From NCBI GenBank assembly GCA_036172245.1, contig JAYWIR010000019.1, positions 372,001 through 436,000 on the forward strand: DNA of 64,000 nucleotides. The letters are read 5' to 3'. The notes under the pieces are model-generated. The model did not search any database and was not told the origin of the DNA. It saw nothing but the letters and a program-made list of their open reading frames with translations. A program made the translations under genes and the position numbers. This DNA comes from Raillietiella orientalis (Eukaryota). Shown here piece by piece: positions 38,191-52,043 of the stretch. The stretch's first letter is position 1; every line of letters begins with the position of its first letter.

Positions 38191-39230
38191 ACCACATTCT
38201 CGACCCGTCTTCACGAAATCGGAAGGCAGAAAGCCCTGGCAGAGTCTACGCACCCCATTGCCACATCCCAAAAATCTGTAAGAACACAGATACACACACA
38301 CAAATAAACAAATCTGAAATTAACAAAATTACCTGTTATTTGTACATTTTTTTCCTTTACCCAACGATTTATTCGGCAAGTATATCTGCTGAAGAAGGCA
38401 TCGAGTTGTCTTTTTAACGGTGTATCGATCGACTGTTGATGAAACAGCTGATTTTTCTTGGTGCGCTGACCACCTTTTATGCACCAACTTCTAACCCACC
38501 CCAGGTTTCGAGTTGACACCATTAAGGGCACGTCACGTGAAGCATTTGAAATAGGTCTGCATCGAGAGAAAAAGAGGACAGAATTTTTTTTTGTAACCGT
38601 AGCTCCTGTCCGGAACGGTTTAAAGAAGAAACCGGAAACTGTGCAGATCCCAAACGGAAGAAAGACGAATTCCTGGCTTCTCCATTTTTCGTTTAGGTGA
38701 TTATCTTTTCGCTCAAATTCCATGACTATCCTTTATTCTCACGCACTCATTTCTCAACCCAAGCACCGAGCATCCAGAGATTCGAGAGGTCGGCTCGGTG
38801 ATCGGGGAAACTGCGACGTCGCCATGGCTACCTTTCCCGCGACTGAAATACGTAACGGGAAAGTGGACACTGCCTGGTAATTCGGCGAAAAACCGCGACC
38901 GAACGGCGACCTCGCGGGGTCAGGACGACAAAAAGCAGAGAGAGCTCTCCTCCAGCACAGTCAGCTTTCAAAAAGGGGGCTGAAACGGCCGCAAACCACC
39001 GTGGTTCGAACTGGTCACGTGAGGAATGGACTCGAGGTCCTTGTGCCACGCCGACGGCGGGGTTCCTGCAGCTACCGACGGGAAAAGCAACGGAATCCGT
39101 CAACCAGCTTTGCAAATTCCCAAAGCAAAAGGAGCACTCGTGCTTCGTTTCTTCCACGTTTCGTGTTCGTGATCACAAGACGAGGCAATCCCTCAATTTT
39201 TTCTTTTTTTACTTTGTGCATAAGAATAAT

Positions 39231-39236
39231 TTTATT
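39231..39236 (-). promoter_or_regulatory. Candidate polyadenylation signal of the MTMR gene
   Basis: AATAAA on the minus strand ~220 nt after the stop codon. The context is AT-rich, so a chance match is plausible. Confidence 0.3.
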
Positions 39237-39458
39237 TAAATATGTCAAATCTGTTTCAAAAATAATGGTTCCACTCAGGAAGCTGTAATATACGTTTAGA
39301 TAACCTTAGTATCACATCTAAAAAATACAATTCGTTATATCAAACCTTTAAGACACACAACAAATTACTTTTAATTAAAATACAATAAATACATCTGTGC
39401 CTTCTGTATAAACCGGGCAGATCAAAAACATTCCGCATATCAAGTCATGAAACGCAAG

Positions 39459-41885
39459 CTATTCAGTCAGACACAAGGACAACTCGCTCTTCATACTTGC
39501 CTGCAGGGAAGGATAGGTTAGGTGCTCTTCCCCAACAGGTAAGGTGAGTGAAAACGGGAAGAAACACGGGAGAAGATCTAAATCCATTTGGTTTGCATAG
39601 AACGCAATCGGATTATCGGGTGCCCTTCTCCTGGAAAGTCCAGGTTGTTCCAACTGGGTACACTTATGTAACAAACGGAGCACATCATCTACAAGGCGGC
39701 ACAGTTGGAAGTACACACATGGCTGTCCGCCAGTATATTGCAGCTGCGGCGACCATCGAAAATAACAATGTTGCCAGAATGTTAAACATCGCAGATCACA
39801 ACGCACTGAGAGTAGTGAAGGAGGTGAAGACAATTCGCTAGAAACAACACACGAAACCGTGTGCTTGAGAGTCTGACCAACAAAGTACAATGGGTTCAGA
39901 AAGAGAAGAAGATCTGTTGATGAAAACTGCTGCTCCCAGCACCACACTGGGAAACAGTGCAGATCAAACTTACGAAATGCTTCTACCTGACTACCCACAC
40001 AACTAAACAGAAATGTGTCCAGCACACTCAGCTGTGCACTATCCCATAAGCATACCAGAAATGTGGAAGAAAACTGGAAACTACAAGGGAACTGACACAA
40101 CAGTTGCCAAACACAGTCCAGAAAGAGGAGGAAAAGTGGCGCAGCTTGAATAGCACCTCCTGAATGTAGCCTACCTAGTCTTTCAGGAAAGGGATGACTA
40201 CCTACAATCCATTCCTTCTGGATTAGGGTCTGGAATCCCAAAAGGGTGTGAAAAGTACCATCCAGAATTAGCTGCACCAAGCTGGTCAGGAGGCAGCTGT
40301 AGTCAACACCAAGATTCTCTTCCAACACAACACTACAACCACTAGTTAAACACTGGGCCACATCCTGTGCAATGGCTAAGCTACGGGACACAATGGACAT
40401 CCACCCACATTCCTCCAGCAATGTAGCAAAACGGCTCTCTTGTTGTTGAAACTTCCTGTTATTTCCTGGATTGCATAATTTTTTTAGTTTCTGGAATGAT
40501 TCTTGAAGAAGCACCAAGGGAGGAAACAAAGCATCTACATCAAACACCAGAGGAGGGTTACCAGCAGGATGGGATTTCTGGACAGATTGCAGCAGTAACT
40601 GTTGCATGGTTCTGCAAGCACATTAGTAAGCAATGAAATACGCTAGCTTACAGATTGGATGTCCCTTGCTTGGCACTACGCACCAAAGCCACACCAGAAG
40701 GCAAACCCCAACACCATGACAAAACTCTGCCTCTCTGATACACTCGAGAAGCATGTTGCAGAAGGCTATCTGGACAAGATGCTGGTACAACAAAAGCTTC
40801 AGGAAGTCTGAGAAAAAAAATGTATCTAGTTGGCTTGCACTTCTGACTGCAGCCACACCCTCTACTTAAACAAAATCCCTTATTAACCAAAGTAATACGC
40901 CAGCCACTACACAGTGTTCGATTTAACTCTTCTTGCCAATCCTGAGGACGAAGAAATAAAGGGATTCCAGCAGATCTGACAATACCAGTACCTCTACAAA
41001 GAAAGTGAACTTTAGGGGGAGGGAACTTTTTGTATATCTTTCAAACTTACTTAAATTCAAAACCAAACAGAAGGGATGTACTCTGGGGAAAGGAACGTTG
41101 CAGCAGAATAGTCAGCAACTGTTCTTCTTCTCTCAGAAAAGGGGTGGGAAAGGAAAATGTGTACACACGAAAATCCTAAATGTAAATGAGCACATGCATT
41201 ACATTACTCAGCACACAACTTACCTTGCAATATACTTGGATATGCTTTACTTTGGATCCCACTTTACCTTTTGTTAGTAATAAACGTCTTTTACCTCTTC
41301 CTCGTTCAATCTGATACACAGCATCAACATTAGTTAGGGGGATATCCTCTGGTCCCACAAGATAATTGGGTAACCAGACACTGGCTGCCAAATGGCTTGT
41401 ACAAAGAAATGAGAGCTTAAAATTGGTGATAAATAGGATGCCAGGGACACCTTTTCCATTGCCAACAGATCCCCAAACACCTCGAACCTCTGCAAGAACA
41501 GACTCTCCTGATAAAATACGAAAGTAAATTTCAAGTGCTAAAAGGATGAGAAACCTGCAAGCAATTGAGGATGAACACTAGGGTTCAAACTGATCCGTTT
41601 CAGGCGATCTGAGAGGTTAAACAGGCTCTGCTTCTACAATTATACTGTGTAAAATCTCCTATCCATTGCATTTACACCATGCCCAACATCTGACATAAGT
41701 TTCTTCCCAAATATACATTAACCCTTGTATGAAATTCATCTGTTTTTGTAAGTGCAACAAAAACACAAGAAAAATAAGGAATAAAAGCTTCACACTAAAA
41801 AGAATAAAATTCCAACGTTTACCTTAGATGTGGGATATTCTGTTTTTATGTATGACTTGAAATTAGCAGTTCCATATTTGGACAT
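39459..41885 (-). CDS. MTMR10: Myotubularin-related pseudophosphatase, MTMR10/11/12 subfamily; exons 41885-41823, 41633-41555, 41507-41224, 41175-41051, 40993-40859, 40807-40652, 40611-39459 (664 aa)
   Basis: The spliced product has an N-terminal FKSYI, a PH-GRAM region (LLAGESVL..GILFITNFKLSF..CKDFRVYTFSF), DWQEELNRT..GWRIT.VN..LPEAFVVP, and the myotubularin core (GFQTLIQKEWIVGSHPF, PLFLLFLDCVWQLLCQFPCSFQF). The catalytic HCSDGWDR is replaced by LEENLGVDYSC. Six GT-AG introns (189, 47, 48, 57, 51, 40 nt) keep frame. The symbol denotes the subfamily, not 1:1 orthology. Confidence 0.9.
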
Positions 41886-44099
41886 CTTTGATAAATGAAT
41901 CATTACCATGAATGTTATTTACAAATGAAATGCAATTCTGCTGCTTACTTTCACGTTCATTAGTGTTTCATCATGTGCATGACAAATCCTTCTGAGCAAC
42001 TGGGAAACCACAGCAAATATGCACTGAACAGATGATCTTCAATAATTCTTTACATTTCCTAAAATGCATTTCAATATGTTTCCGAAAAAGATGCAATAAT
42101 GTGAAAATAAAAAAAAAAAAAACGGTAGAATGAAACTAATCTTAATCCGGAACAGTTACTCGAAATGAACGGCACATATAACTCACCTACTCCACTCCTT
42201 TTTACTTGAAAGCTTGTGGATGATGCAAACTTAACAGTAAGGGATCTTCAGTAATCCACCACGATATTTTTACATTATCATTCAACTTTTCACGAACTAA
42301 CCCTATAATTCATTAAATGCTGTGTGAAGCACGCCAACACCAAAAACGTAAATACACCATAATAGAAGGAAAAATTTCTAATACTCTACGCACTCGAATA
42401 CTCTGCTGGACATGTTCAAATGAAGCTACACTGTGGATGAAACTCAAATGATTGCACAGAATCCAAAATCTTCTACCAAGGCGTGACTAAGACGACTGAT
42501 CTGAACACTGGTGTGTGCTTTTGGTCGTTGAACAGACCAAATAACAGTGAACGGTAGCTGATTCAAGAAGCACACCGAGGAACACTGAACTGTGTCCTGT
42601 GTAATTATAGCACATGCCGAGAAACGCCGATCACCAGTGATTTCTGCACTTGATGGGATCACTTGGCACGATCTAGTCCTGGGGCAAGAACAAGGAAACT
42701 GGGGGCATCTTTCCCAGATCTCCGGCTGAAAACTTTCCTCTACGCGACGTCCACGGTGAACACCTTTCGGTGTTCACTCTGCAGTGCACGCACGTTCCGC
42801 AAAAACATCACCTTAACAGAGGAAGAGCTCACAAAGAACACTGAACGCTTTGTGTGTGTGTGTGTGCGTGCTGATCTCTTGTTTTGCATTTCTTACAAAT
42901 CTGCTCTACCTACATTTAAGAGAGTAGCATGGGAAAAAACCCGTTGCTACGTGTTCCTCCTCTCCCCGCTCCAGTGTTTACAACCAGAAACCGTTTGCTG
43001 ACGTACACCACACGCATGGACACGCACATGCAGAAAGTTACCTTTCCAGCTGCAGAGAAAATACCCAAAATACTTCTTGCTCCCGGATTCGAATCTGAAA
43101 CCTTAGGAAAAGATATGCAGCTCCCTATCACTTTTATTTGTGTTGGCTGCATGGCACGCTCTCTCCAAGAGGAACACTGGGAAGGAGCACACTCCATGTT
43201 GCCATGGAGTCGAAATGTAATCGTCCATGAGCTAAACAGTGTTTCGAGTAAATATGAAATTACGACGTGAAAATGGAAAAGATTAAAAAAAAAAAAAAAG
43301 AAGAAGAAACAACAGACAGGAGCGAATTAAATCGATCTCCTCATTTATGTGCATCAGAGAATTTTCTCACTGCTGAGCCATCCGACATCCGCAGCGAAGG
43401 CTCTTATCATTAAAAATATCTGAATGTTTGTAAACATTTGACCCTTCTCTCCCAATCGTTCGGATAGAAACATTCCTGATGCTCTTCCGCTCCAAAATAT
43501 TTCCAAGTACTGTCAGCTTGTGAGTCAGGAAGACACGTTTTCACTCTTCGGTGTTAAGGGAGCTGACAAACCTGCAAACCGACTACATGCAAGAATAGGA
43601 GCAGACGCAGGGGTGCACACGCACCGATGGGCACACTCGGACACGTTCATCTTGATAGAGAGAACAGCAAGTGAATGTATATGAAAACTTTATAAAAATT
43701 TCGTAAGGTGACATTGCAATAAACTAGCATGGAACTTATCAACTAATTTCAACGTACTATTCAAATAATCCACGTTTTTGTATTCACTTGCTGAACAAAA
43801 TGCATGCTTATTTGCTTTTAAAAATTTTATGCGGTGATTATTAATTATGATGGTTGCTAATTACTAATATTCATACTTTTGTAGTTTGAACTGCTGCAAC
43901 TTTAGCAACCATATAAAGGGAAAGAGAGCACCATTCTAGTTGGGTTCTTAAGAACCCCATGAAGAATCATCTAGGTCATGAGTAGGATCATGATGCCTTT
44001 TGCTTTTGAAAAAGAAAAGGCTCAAGTCGGAAATAAAATCTTACGAATCGAGTGATCACATTGTAGTAGCATTGATTTGAATCACTGAGATAATTTCCA

Positions 44100-44950
44100 A
44101 AACGGCTTGACTCAGCCTTTCTCTCAAAGGTGCCAAAAATCTCTGGGAAAGCTCTCTAAACGAAATAGCACCATGCTGTTCAATCACACTGGAGAGTAGC
44201 ACTCGAAAACTGACTTTTGAAACCTAGTGTCGCAGCAGTATTTTTTCCTCCCAAAAGTTTAGAAAGGAGTGTTTATTCAAGATAAATACCTAATAGTTTG
44301 ATTAAAGCTGAAAGGATAATGGAGAGCTCGATCATTTTCACATTCATATAAATTGACCATAGAAAAATTTTTGATACTCGATTTACATACTACTTTATTA
44401 TCCTTCTGTACCGATGGCTCTGCATTTACTCAGTATATCTTTATAGGACGCTTCGCTTTAATCAAACTAAAATAACTGGTGATGTTCAATTGACAGTAAT
44501 TAATATCTAAGGTCACGGGAATTACTTAATTTAGCACTTGTGCTTCTTCTTCTTCACTTGTGACTCTCTTATTTCTTTTGGAGTTTCCAAAAATGTTCCG
44601 AATCTACTAGGTGTGAAAACACTTGAATTATTCAGCATCCATAGAGTTCAACCGCACTTAACGTATGTTTATCGCTTAAGGTGCAAATGACACGAGTGTT
44701 TCCAAAGTTTGTTCAGCTCTTTTCCAATTGACTGAGACAAGGCTCAAATCGTCCTTATAGCAGTCAAAGTGTATAAAAGAATTTTTAGTTTCAGTCGAGA
44801 ATTCGCATCATCAACCACTGAGGAACATAGTCCAGTATATATGATGAATCGGTGAATTAGATCACTCTTAGATGCTATAGAACGACGGTTTGAATGGTCT
44901 TGTGAATCTTCAAGCTGTGTTATAGAGATCCGCTAAAGCTGCAACAAATG
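44100..44950 (+). mobile_element. Possible highly decayed hAT-family transposase remnant
   Basis: HQTTEEH...SLLDAIERRF near 44800-44890, plus weak upstream similarity. Many stops. Confidence 0.25.
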
Positions 44951-47900
44951 CCCTGGTGTTGACATAGGGACTCTTGCATAGAAACCCTTCTCCAAAGTTT
45001 ACAAACTTGTCTCTGAAATAGTGCCGAAATTCTTTTCATTATAAAGAGTCAAACTTTTCTTTAGGGTCGTGTTAAGGAACGTTTGCATTTTTTAGGAGTT
45101 GCATCCTTGTTTTTGCAAAAGATACTTTCATAGGATTTGTTTCCAAACCACTGGTTCTTTTATGAGAACGTTACGCTTTGCTTAAGCTTTGCTTTTCTTT
45201 TTGCTTAAGTACTGACTGCTTTCTTAGCCAGTATCTCTGCTAATTTCTGAATCATTTGACACTGCTATATTCTTGGAATAATAAACTTTAGAGTTTTAGT
45301 AAATTAGTATTTGCTTTGAAAAATGATCTTTCGATCATGGAAAACAATTTAAGTTAACAACTCGTTTCCCTTTAACCTCTCGAAAATTTTGCTCTCTATC
45401 ATTTCCACACTTTTTGCCCGTAGAATTTTAATATTTTCCAGAGGGAATTTCTTGTATTACATTCATAGTGTGTGGCTTCCTGTACATAATCAGCAAACTT
45501 CCTAAGTTGTAGGGCTTCCACAGAGGTCGTGGGTGTAGCAGCTGAGTTTGGTGGTGTAGTAGCTTCTTTCCGAGCCTAGGGCGATACCAGTAACAGGTAA
45601 TCAAGAAAATGGAATGCATATTCACCAAGAATAACCTTAGACAATTTGCGTGGAAATTTATTAATGTGCCCAAAATGGCTGCCAACGAATGCTTGTACGC
45701 TGATAAATCAACGGAATGTCAGACTACCCAATCTACCTGATGACGACAAGTTCGTTGTTGACTGTTGTTGACAGTTGTCAAACTGTTTACCTCTCCGGAT
45801 TCGACAGCGCAAAGGATATGGCGTTCGGTGGTGAAAAAACGGTTGCAGGCACCGCGAAGGGATGAAGATTTAGGGAGTTTCCTATGTTTTTAATAACCTA
45901 GTAAACCTGCCTCTTATGAGAGCCGTTTTGCGACAAGGGATGCACCACCTGAGTTCCTTCCTGTGCGGGTCAGCGCCCACCAGGAACGGGGCTGATCGAC
46001 AACCAGACGACGGTCACGCAGCATGAAAAAACCGCGGAACATTTTCCACAGAACGTTGAAGAACAGTTACTCAGCTCAGTAAATAAGGATTGAGGATGGC
46101 ATCTCGGTCCGGTGATCCACACCTGGAGGGCTAGCTGCCCAGAAGCAGTGGAGCTTGGTGGTACCGGGGTGAGTGGCAACGCCGGACTCTCTCCCGGCAA
46201 CACCCTGGAAGCTGAGGGCAGATCGGGTGGTCCAGGGAGAAGGGAAGGCGGTCATCCTGGAACGTCGCTTGAGAGTGGGTGGGGGTCGACAGCGGGCTCC
46301 CCTTCGCCCTTCAAAGGAACGCCCGCTGCCGTAAGAGCGATTGCTGTTGCAGGATGCCCGAGACGTCGGCCTCCAAGAAGCGACGAAGTGTTGGAGAATC
46401 CCCAAGAAGCCGGCGGAGCGCGCCAGAAAAAAAAGACGGAGTGCTCGAACGTGCAGCCTTGGCCTGGCTGCGTGCCGGACATGCCGCGTGGGTTTCAACC
46501 CGCAGTGCAAGAAGCTCCAAAAAATCGCACGTTGAACTGTGGGGGAGAGTAGGATGGTGGAAACCTCCTTCATTTGTCCACATACCACCACCGCTCTTTT
46601 TTCCTCTTCATTATTCTGTGTGTGCAAATCCAGCACAAACACTATATCAAAACGAAATCACGTAGATTGTACACTGCATTGCTGTTTAAGCATTAAAAAG
46701 TTCTAGCAGCACTCCCAAATAATTTGTGCATTTAGTAGTATTATTTCACAGTGAGTTTACTGAAGCGTTAGATAATAACTCTGGTGCAGTATTAAGGAAA
46801 TATGGTTACGTCATTATGCAAAATACTGGAACCAATTAAACATGCGTCACTTAAATGACATCACTTAGCATTGCCCTAAATTTCAGATCCGTGTCTTGGA
46901 CATAAATGGCGCCAATCTCAATCATCTGCACTCTAATGAATCGTTGCTCGGCAACCAAGCGTGGAATTTCAGTTCCTCGTAGCCGTGTGCGTTGCTAGGA
47001 AAGCTAAAGCATTCCTTTACACCAAGTTCCAGTGACCTGTCGTGAAGAATTGCAGTCACCACGTAACAAAGCTTTCAAAGACACAGTGGAAAAAATGGTC
47101 AGCCGGGAAAAGACTTCATCAAACAAACAAATAGGAAACCGCAACAATCCCTTAGGAAATCTGTACAATGCTCAGTTGTCAAGTACACTTTGTTTACGAT
47201 TTTTAAGAAAGAATACAGTATCTCCTTGGTGTTCACATCTGAAATCGTTGTTGACGCAAGCTTAGGTATGTTTATCCAATCTTAATCATTTGGAACCGCT
47301 GTTTGTACTTAACTCAAAGTACGTGGAGAGTATTTCACTTTGTTTTGGTGAAAGCCAGCTACAGAGTGATGGTTAGGTTGTCAAATTGACTGCAGGAATG
47401 CATTTCACCAACTATTCCACCAATTTGCCAAACAAAGAAAGCTGTCTTTTGCGTTCCATCCTCCCCCCCCCCCCCGGCTAATGCATTTACGGAAACTCAA
47501 TACCGAAGACCTGCAAGCATTAAGTGCACGCTTCTCAGTAATTATCAAAAAGGTGTGATCCAGATGAAAAAGAGTAAGACATGAAAGAAATGAAACAGAC
47601 GTGAAATACGAGACCAAAAACCGCAGTGACAGCAAACGAAAACAGGTATTGTAAAAAGAGTATCAAAGCAAATAGTGGGGATCTTGAGAGTTGTAACTGC
47701 AAAGGTACGACTCCCAATGAGAAAACTGCGGAATATGACGTGCCTTTTGACTAGTAGGTGTTGCCAGCCTCGGTTGGTTGAACTCATTCCCAACTATGCT
47801 TTTACTGTTCCATTTAATGTAAGTGTGATTGCTCTGAATCAATCATTTAGAACTTTTTTTCAAGACATTTTGATTATCTTGGTATGTACTTTCGTTTGAT

Positions 47901-50900
47901 TTCATTTTTCCGAACTTGATTGCATTCAGTCATTTTAATTCATATTTTGTGTGTTTTTATTTGTATTTTCCTCTTTTCCATCTTTACGAACGAAATGGAA
48001 AGGATGCTTTCTCCTTCGGAATTGGACTGGAAACTGAGATGGTTTTAGGTCCACGCACACTGAATTGTGCACATGCATGTGTTTACATACACTGCACATC
48101 CAAAGGAATTTAAGAATTTATTATATTTTGAACCCGACGTTTCTTTCTAAGAAAATCTTTCAAGAAAAGGATATAGAAGAAATGGATTTGCCTCTTTTAC
48201 AAGAGCGGGGTGATCCCTTTATTTTAACACTTTCAAACCCGCGACTTCCAAAAAAGTGAAATCAATGTTAAGAATCAGTCTGATGAATAAACTCGAAAGG
48301 TCTTCAATATTGGGATTTATGCATCCCATAGGAACCGAGTACATAAGAATGAAAAATATCCAGTAGGAGGATGCAGAAGGGAAGTGGTTCTAAATATGCT
48401 AGCCACCACTAGTTTGTTTAACAAATCAAACACGAAATACATGATCAACACAGCAATCTGTGACCCCTCGAATCTTAATATCCCAAGAAAAAACGTGATT
48501 TGAAACGTAACTTGGTTGTCAAACTTTTTTCTTACTTTGGAACCGACATTACTCTTATGAAAAACACAAATAGGTAATAAGAGTTCTTCAAATTTGCAAG
48601 GTTCGGAGCCCCTAAGACATCTCTTAGAAATAATCTAGATAGTTAAGGAAATTCATTTAGTAATAAAGTTGATCAACATAATGAGCACTCAAGCAGCCAT
48701 GGCACATTTAAGAACAAGTCGTTGGTCTCAGCTTGCTATCCAAGATTTTTTCATGTGCTCAGAATGCTACATCGACGATAACGGTTGTCAAAAGTGTACT
48801 TCAAAGTCACATGGCTGTTTGAGCACTTTATTGATAACAGCTGGAATTAATTTGTAGATCTTCAGAAATGCTGAAAGCACAAATCCACCCTCAAAGCAAG
48901 AAAGCAGGCTTTCAGTGACAATGATATTGTAAATAGGTTACCTCATTTAAAACAGAATTAATCTTTAAAATAGATGTGGCATCTATTATATTATCTTTAA
49001 GGTTCCTTAGGAATTCCTTTGAGGTTTTCAGAGATTCCAAATCAAATTTCTCAAGTATTAAAATACTTCACAGAAAAAGTAATGATTTTCTCGATAAACT
49101 ATTACTACACAACTATCACAATATCTGTTACCTCGAGAATGGCCCCCTTGCAGAAAAATGCCAAAGAATCTCAAGTTGAGTTTCCATCTAACGAAGATTT
49201 CATGTGCAAGTCCTTGGACAGTTCGACTGAAAAAAATCATGTGATTTTTGCTGATGCAAAAGAAAGAGCCAGATGAGAAATCATTCTCTGTAAACGCGTG
49301 CTCGTAAAGTTTCTTATGCTTGGGTAGCTGCAAAGTTTGGTTATTTAATATAAAAGAAAACTGAGTAGCTAGTTATTCCTTCAAATGAATGAAATGATTT
49401 TTGAGTAGGTATTCAGTTTCTCTATAGGAAGGATGTGCAGTGAAGTTGATTAAAAGAGATTTGTGAATGGCGAAGAATAACTATCATTGATATGCACGCG
49501 AGGATTCTTTAGTGTGTAATGTAGATAACATAAGATATGAAAGAGTCATGAGATCATTTAGATACGTCTAAGCAGAAGCATGGTAGTAACTTGTGTGGAA
49601 CGACAACTCTCCATTTGATTTGCTTGAAATTCTGTTATTGGAAGCACGGTCAACATTTCGCAATTTTCAACCATTCATGGAACACTGGCATCCCTGGCTA
49701 ATACTAACTGTTCTTCTGGAACTCTATCCATTGGAAACTTTACACATGTTCCCATAATATCCTTCTTCAATGTATGTGCCTTTTCGTAGTCTTTGCAATA
49801 TTTCATCGTTCCGTAAGGTAAAATCCTGTTCCTTGGAACTCTGCACTCGTTTTTCAACTTGGTTGAGAAAATCGCATGGAAATGGGAAGGGGTGCTTGTG
49901 GTTGCAGACTTACATGTACGATACGAATTTCTCTGAGTGCTGAACAAAATTTCACATGTTTTTTTTTTTTTTTTAATCTATTTAGATAATTTCATACCTC
50001 CATATCTCTCTACCTGCGATGAAAGAGGATCTGAAATTTATAAATTTACTGATGGATTATTTCATCTGTTATGGTTGTCTCTCATCTTCCTCTGTTTTGA
50101 AGGTTTTCTTGAAACACCTTTGTAGTGGCTTCTTGGAAACGAGATTACTTGCTTATTATTCCAAATGTCCCTTAAAGTCTCTACATATGATTTCCTATGC
50201 TGTGTTTTCAAGGAAGATGTTATCTCGAACTTAGTCGAGTTGCGTATGACAAAAAAATCATCATCATTCCTCATATGTGCATGTGGATATTAGAGTGAAT
50301 AAATAAAAGGATAGAGAGAAAATTCATTATTGAACTGATAGAGATCATTCACAAATCGAGCATATTGAAAGGTTGGCATGTTTGGTCCTCTCTCTCATAA
50401 GCTGCACTTGTCTGTATTTCCTAGAGATAATTCGAAAGCTTCTGAAATGGCTTCTTTTTCATGGAACTCTTGAGTTGCATGGCTCTCATAAGAACCTCAG
50501 ACTCGGTATGTAAGACGAAGTATTTCTCAGAAGTATCCCGAAGTGAAGCATGTGCATTTTCCAAGGAATCTTTTATCGTCTCTGCGAGATAACAATAAGA
50601 AAAGATATGCGAATCCAATTTATCTCCGTTTAAATCGTGTCAAATGTTTGTTTCTGAATCCGTAAAGCATCAAACAAGTGATATGTTTATCCTAATTGAC
50701 CCTTCGTTGTGTGTCTCGAACTCTTATCTAGGCTCCATCCATTGTGTGAAGACAAAGAGGAATAAAGCTGAACATGCAATTATTTTACGGATATTTTAGG
50801 ATACTGATGATTTCAAATTCAGTTCTTGGGTTCCCTGATATATCCCTCTAACGAAGGGTGCCATTCTCGGAATTTTTCTCAAACATAGACCAGTTTCCTC

Positions 50901-51890
50901 GTTCAAATAAATTCAGATTAAGGAACGGACTCAGATTGGAGCAAGGGACGTGCGTTCTACAGCATCATGGTGACCAGTTTGGGAATTTCCATTAGCAGTG
51001 TGTCGTCAAGGTGTTGCATGGATCTCATCACATTTAAACATGAAAATTTTTTTTTTATAATTCACTTTAATTCATGTGTTTAATTTCTTTATTCCAATGT
51101 TTCTCATGTTTCTCATACAATCAGGTGAAATAAGTGAATAATAATCAAGTGAACCAGGGGATAAACCTTCATAACGATTCAGGGTTACCCCGTGTCATGC
51201 CATTCAAAAATTTGAACTCAATTTCGTTTTCTTTTTCTCTTGTACGTAATGGCATGCAATGGATGCAATCCACCTCGTGAGAATGCTGAAACACTCATGT
51301 GTCAATTACCGCTGCACATGCATCGAATTCAAGATGGTGAGCAGCACAAAACCAGTCCTTCGAGTGCATATCAGTGATGCCACATACCCTTCCAATTTCA
51401 ATGATTTCATGTATTTATTTTCTTATTGTGATCCACCTGCTCTCCTTTCGATCGTTTTACATCACTCTTTGGTGCCTCATCACGAAGCCCATTCAACCCC
51501 GTGTAGCCGACTGATCTAGGGAATTCCTTGTTCCACTTTTCTTTTCCCTTTTCTCTTATACCAGCTTGTGCACTCTAATAAATCAAGGAAAAATCTCTAC
51601 ACCATTCCTTGCAAGCTGAGATTTTCAAATTCGTTGTTCATGCATTGCTGGAAGTGCCTCAGCAGCAGACGTGCAACCGTAACTGATAAGATTCCTTTAG
51701 GATTGCGTGGGCGTAGGAAATTTGCCAGTCAGGCCTGCCGGGTTGTGAGTCACACAGCGTGAGTATAAAACTTCCGTTCTTCTCGAGTCTGTTGCAATCG
51801 TTGTGACAACAGCAGCTGCCGTCGTAACAGTTCATGGTGAGCACTTAACGTTACTGTAGCAATTTTCTTGGATCTCTCTGTTGCTTGAAT

Positions 51891-52043
51891 TTGGCTTCGA
51901 CTTCGTGTCACTTGGGTTGAAGAATCCCTTTTCCTGTCCAGTTCCTTCCCGTGCGTGGACCTTTCCTTTATTTTTGCTCTTAGGGCAGGCGCGTTGCCTC
52001 TATTTGATTGAATATGCTCATCGAAGTGTCCTCAAGACCGGGG
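51891..52043. repeat. ~155 bp dispersed direct repeat, copy 1
   Basis: Shares tgtcact.gggttgaagaatc, caggcgcgttgcctctatttgattgaa and gaagtgtcctcaag with 54257-54417. Confidence 0.85.

Noticed and set aside
47000..51800. Short AT-rich ORFs as endogenous viral genes
   Set aside because: All are under 100 aa with no recognisable motif, so they cannot be supported without a search.
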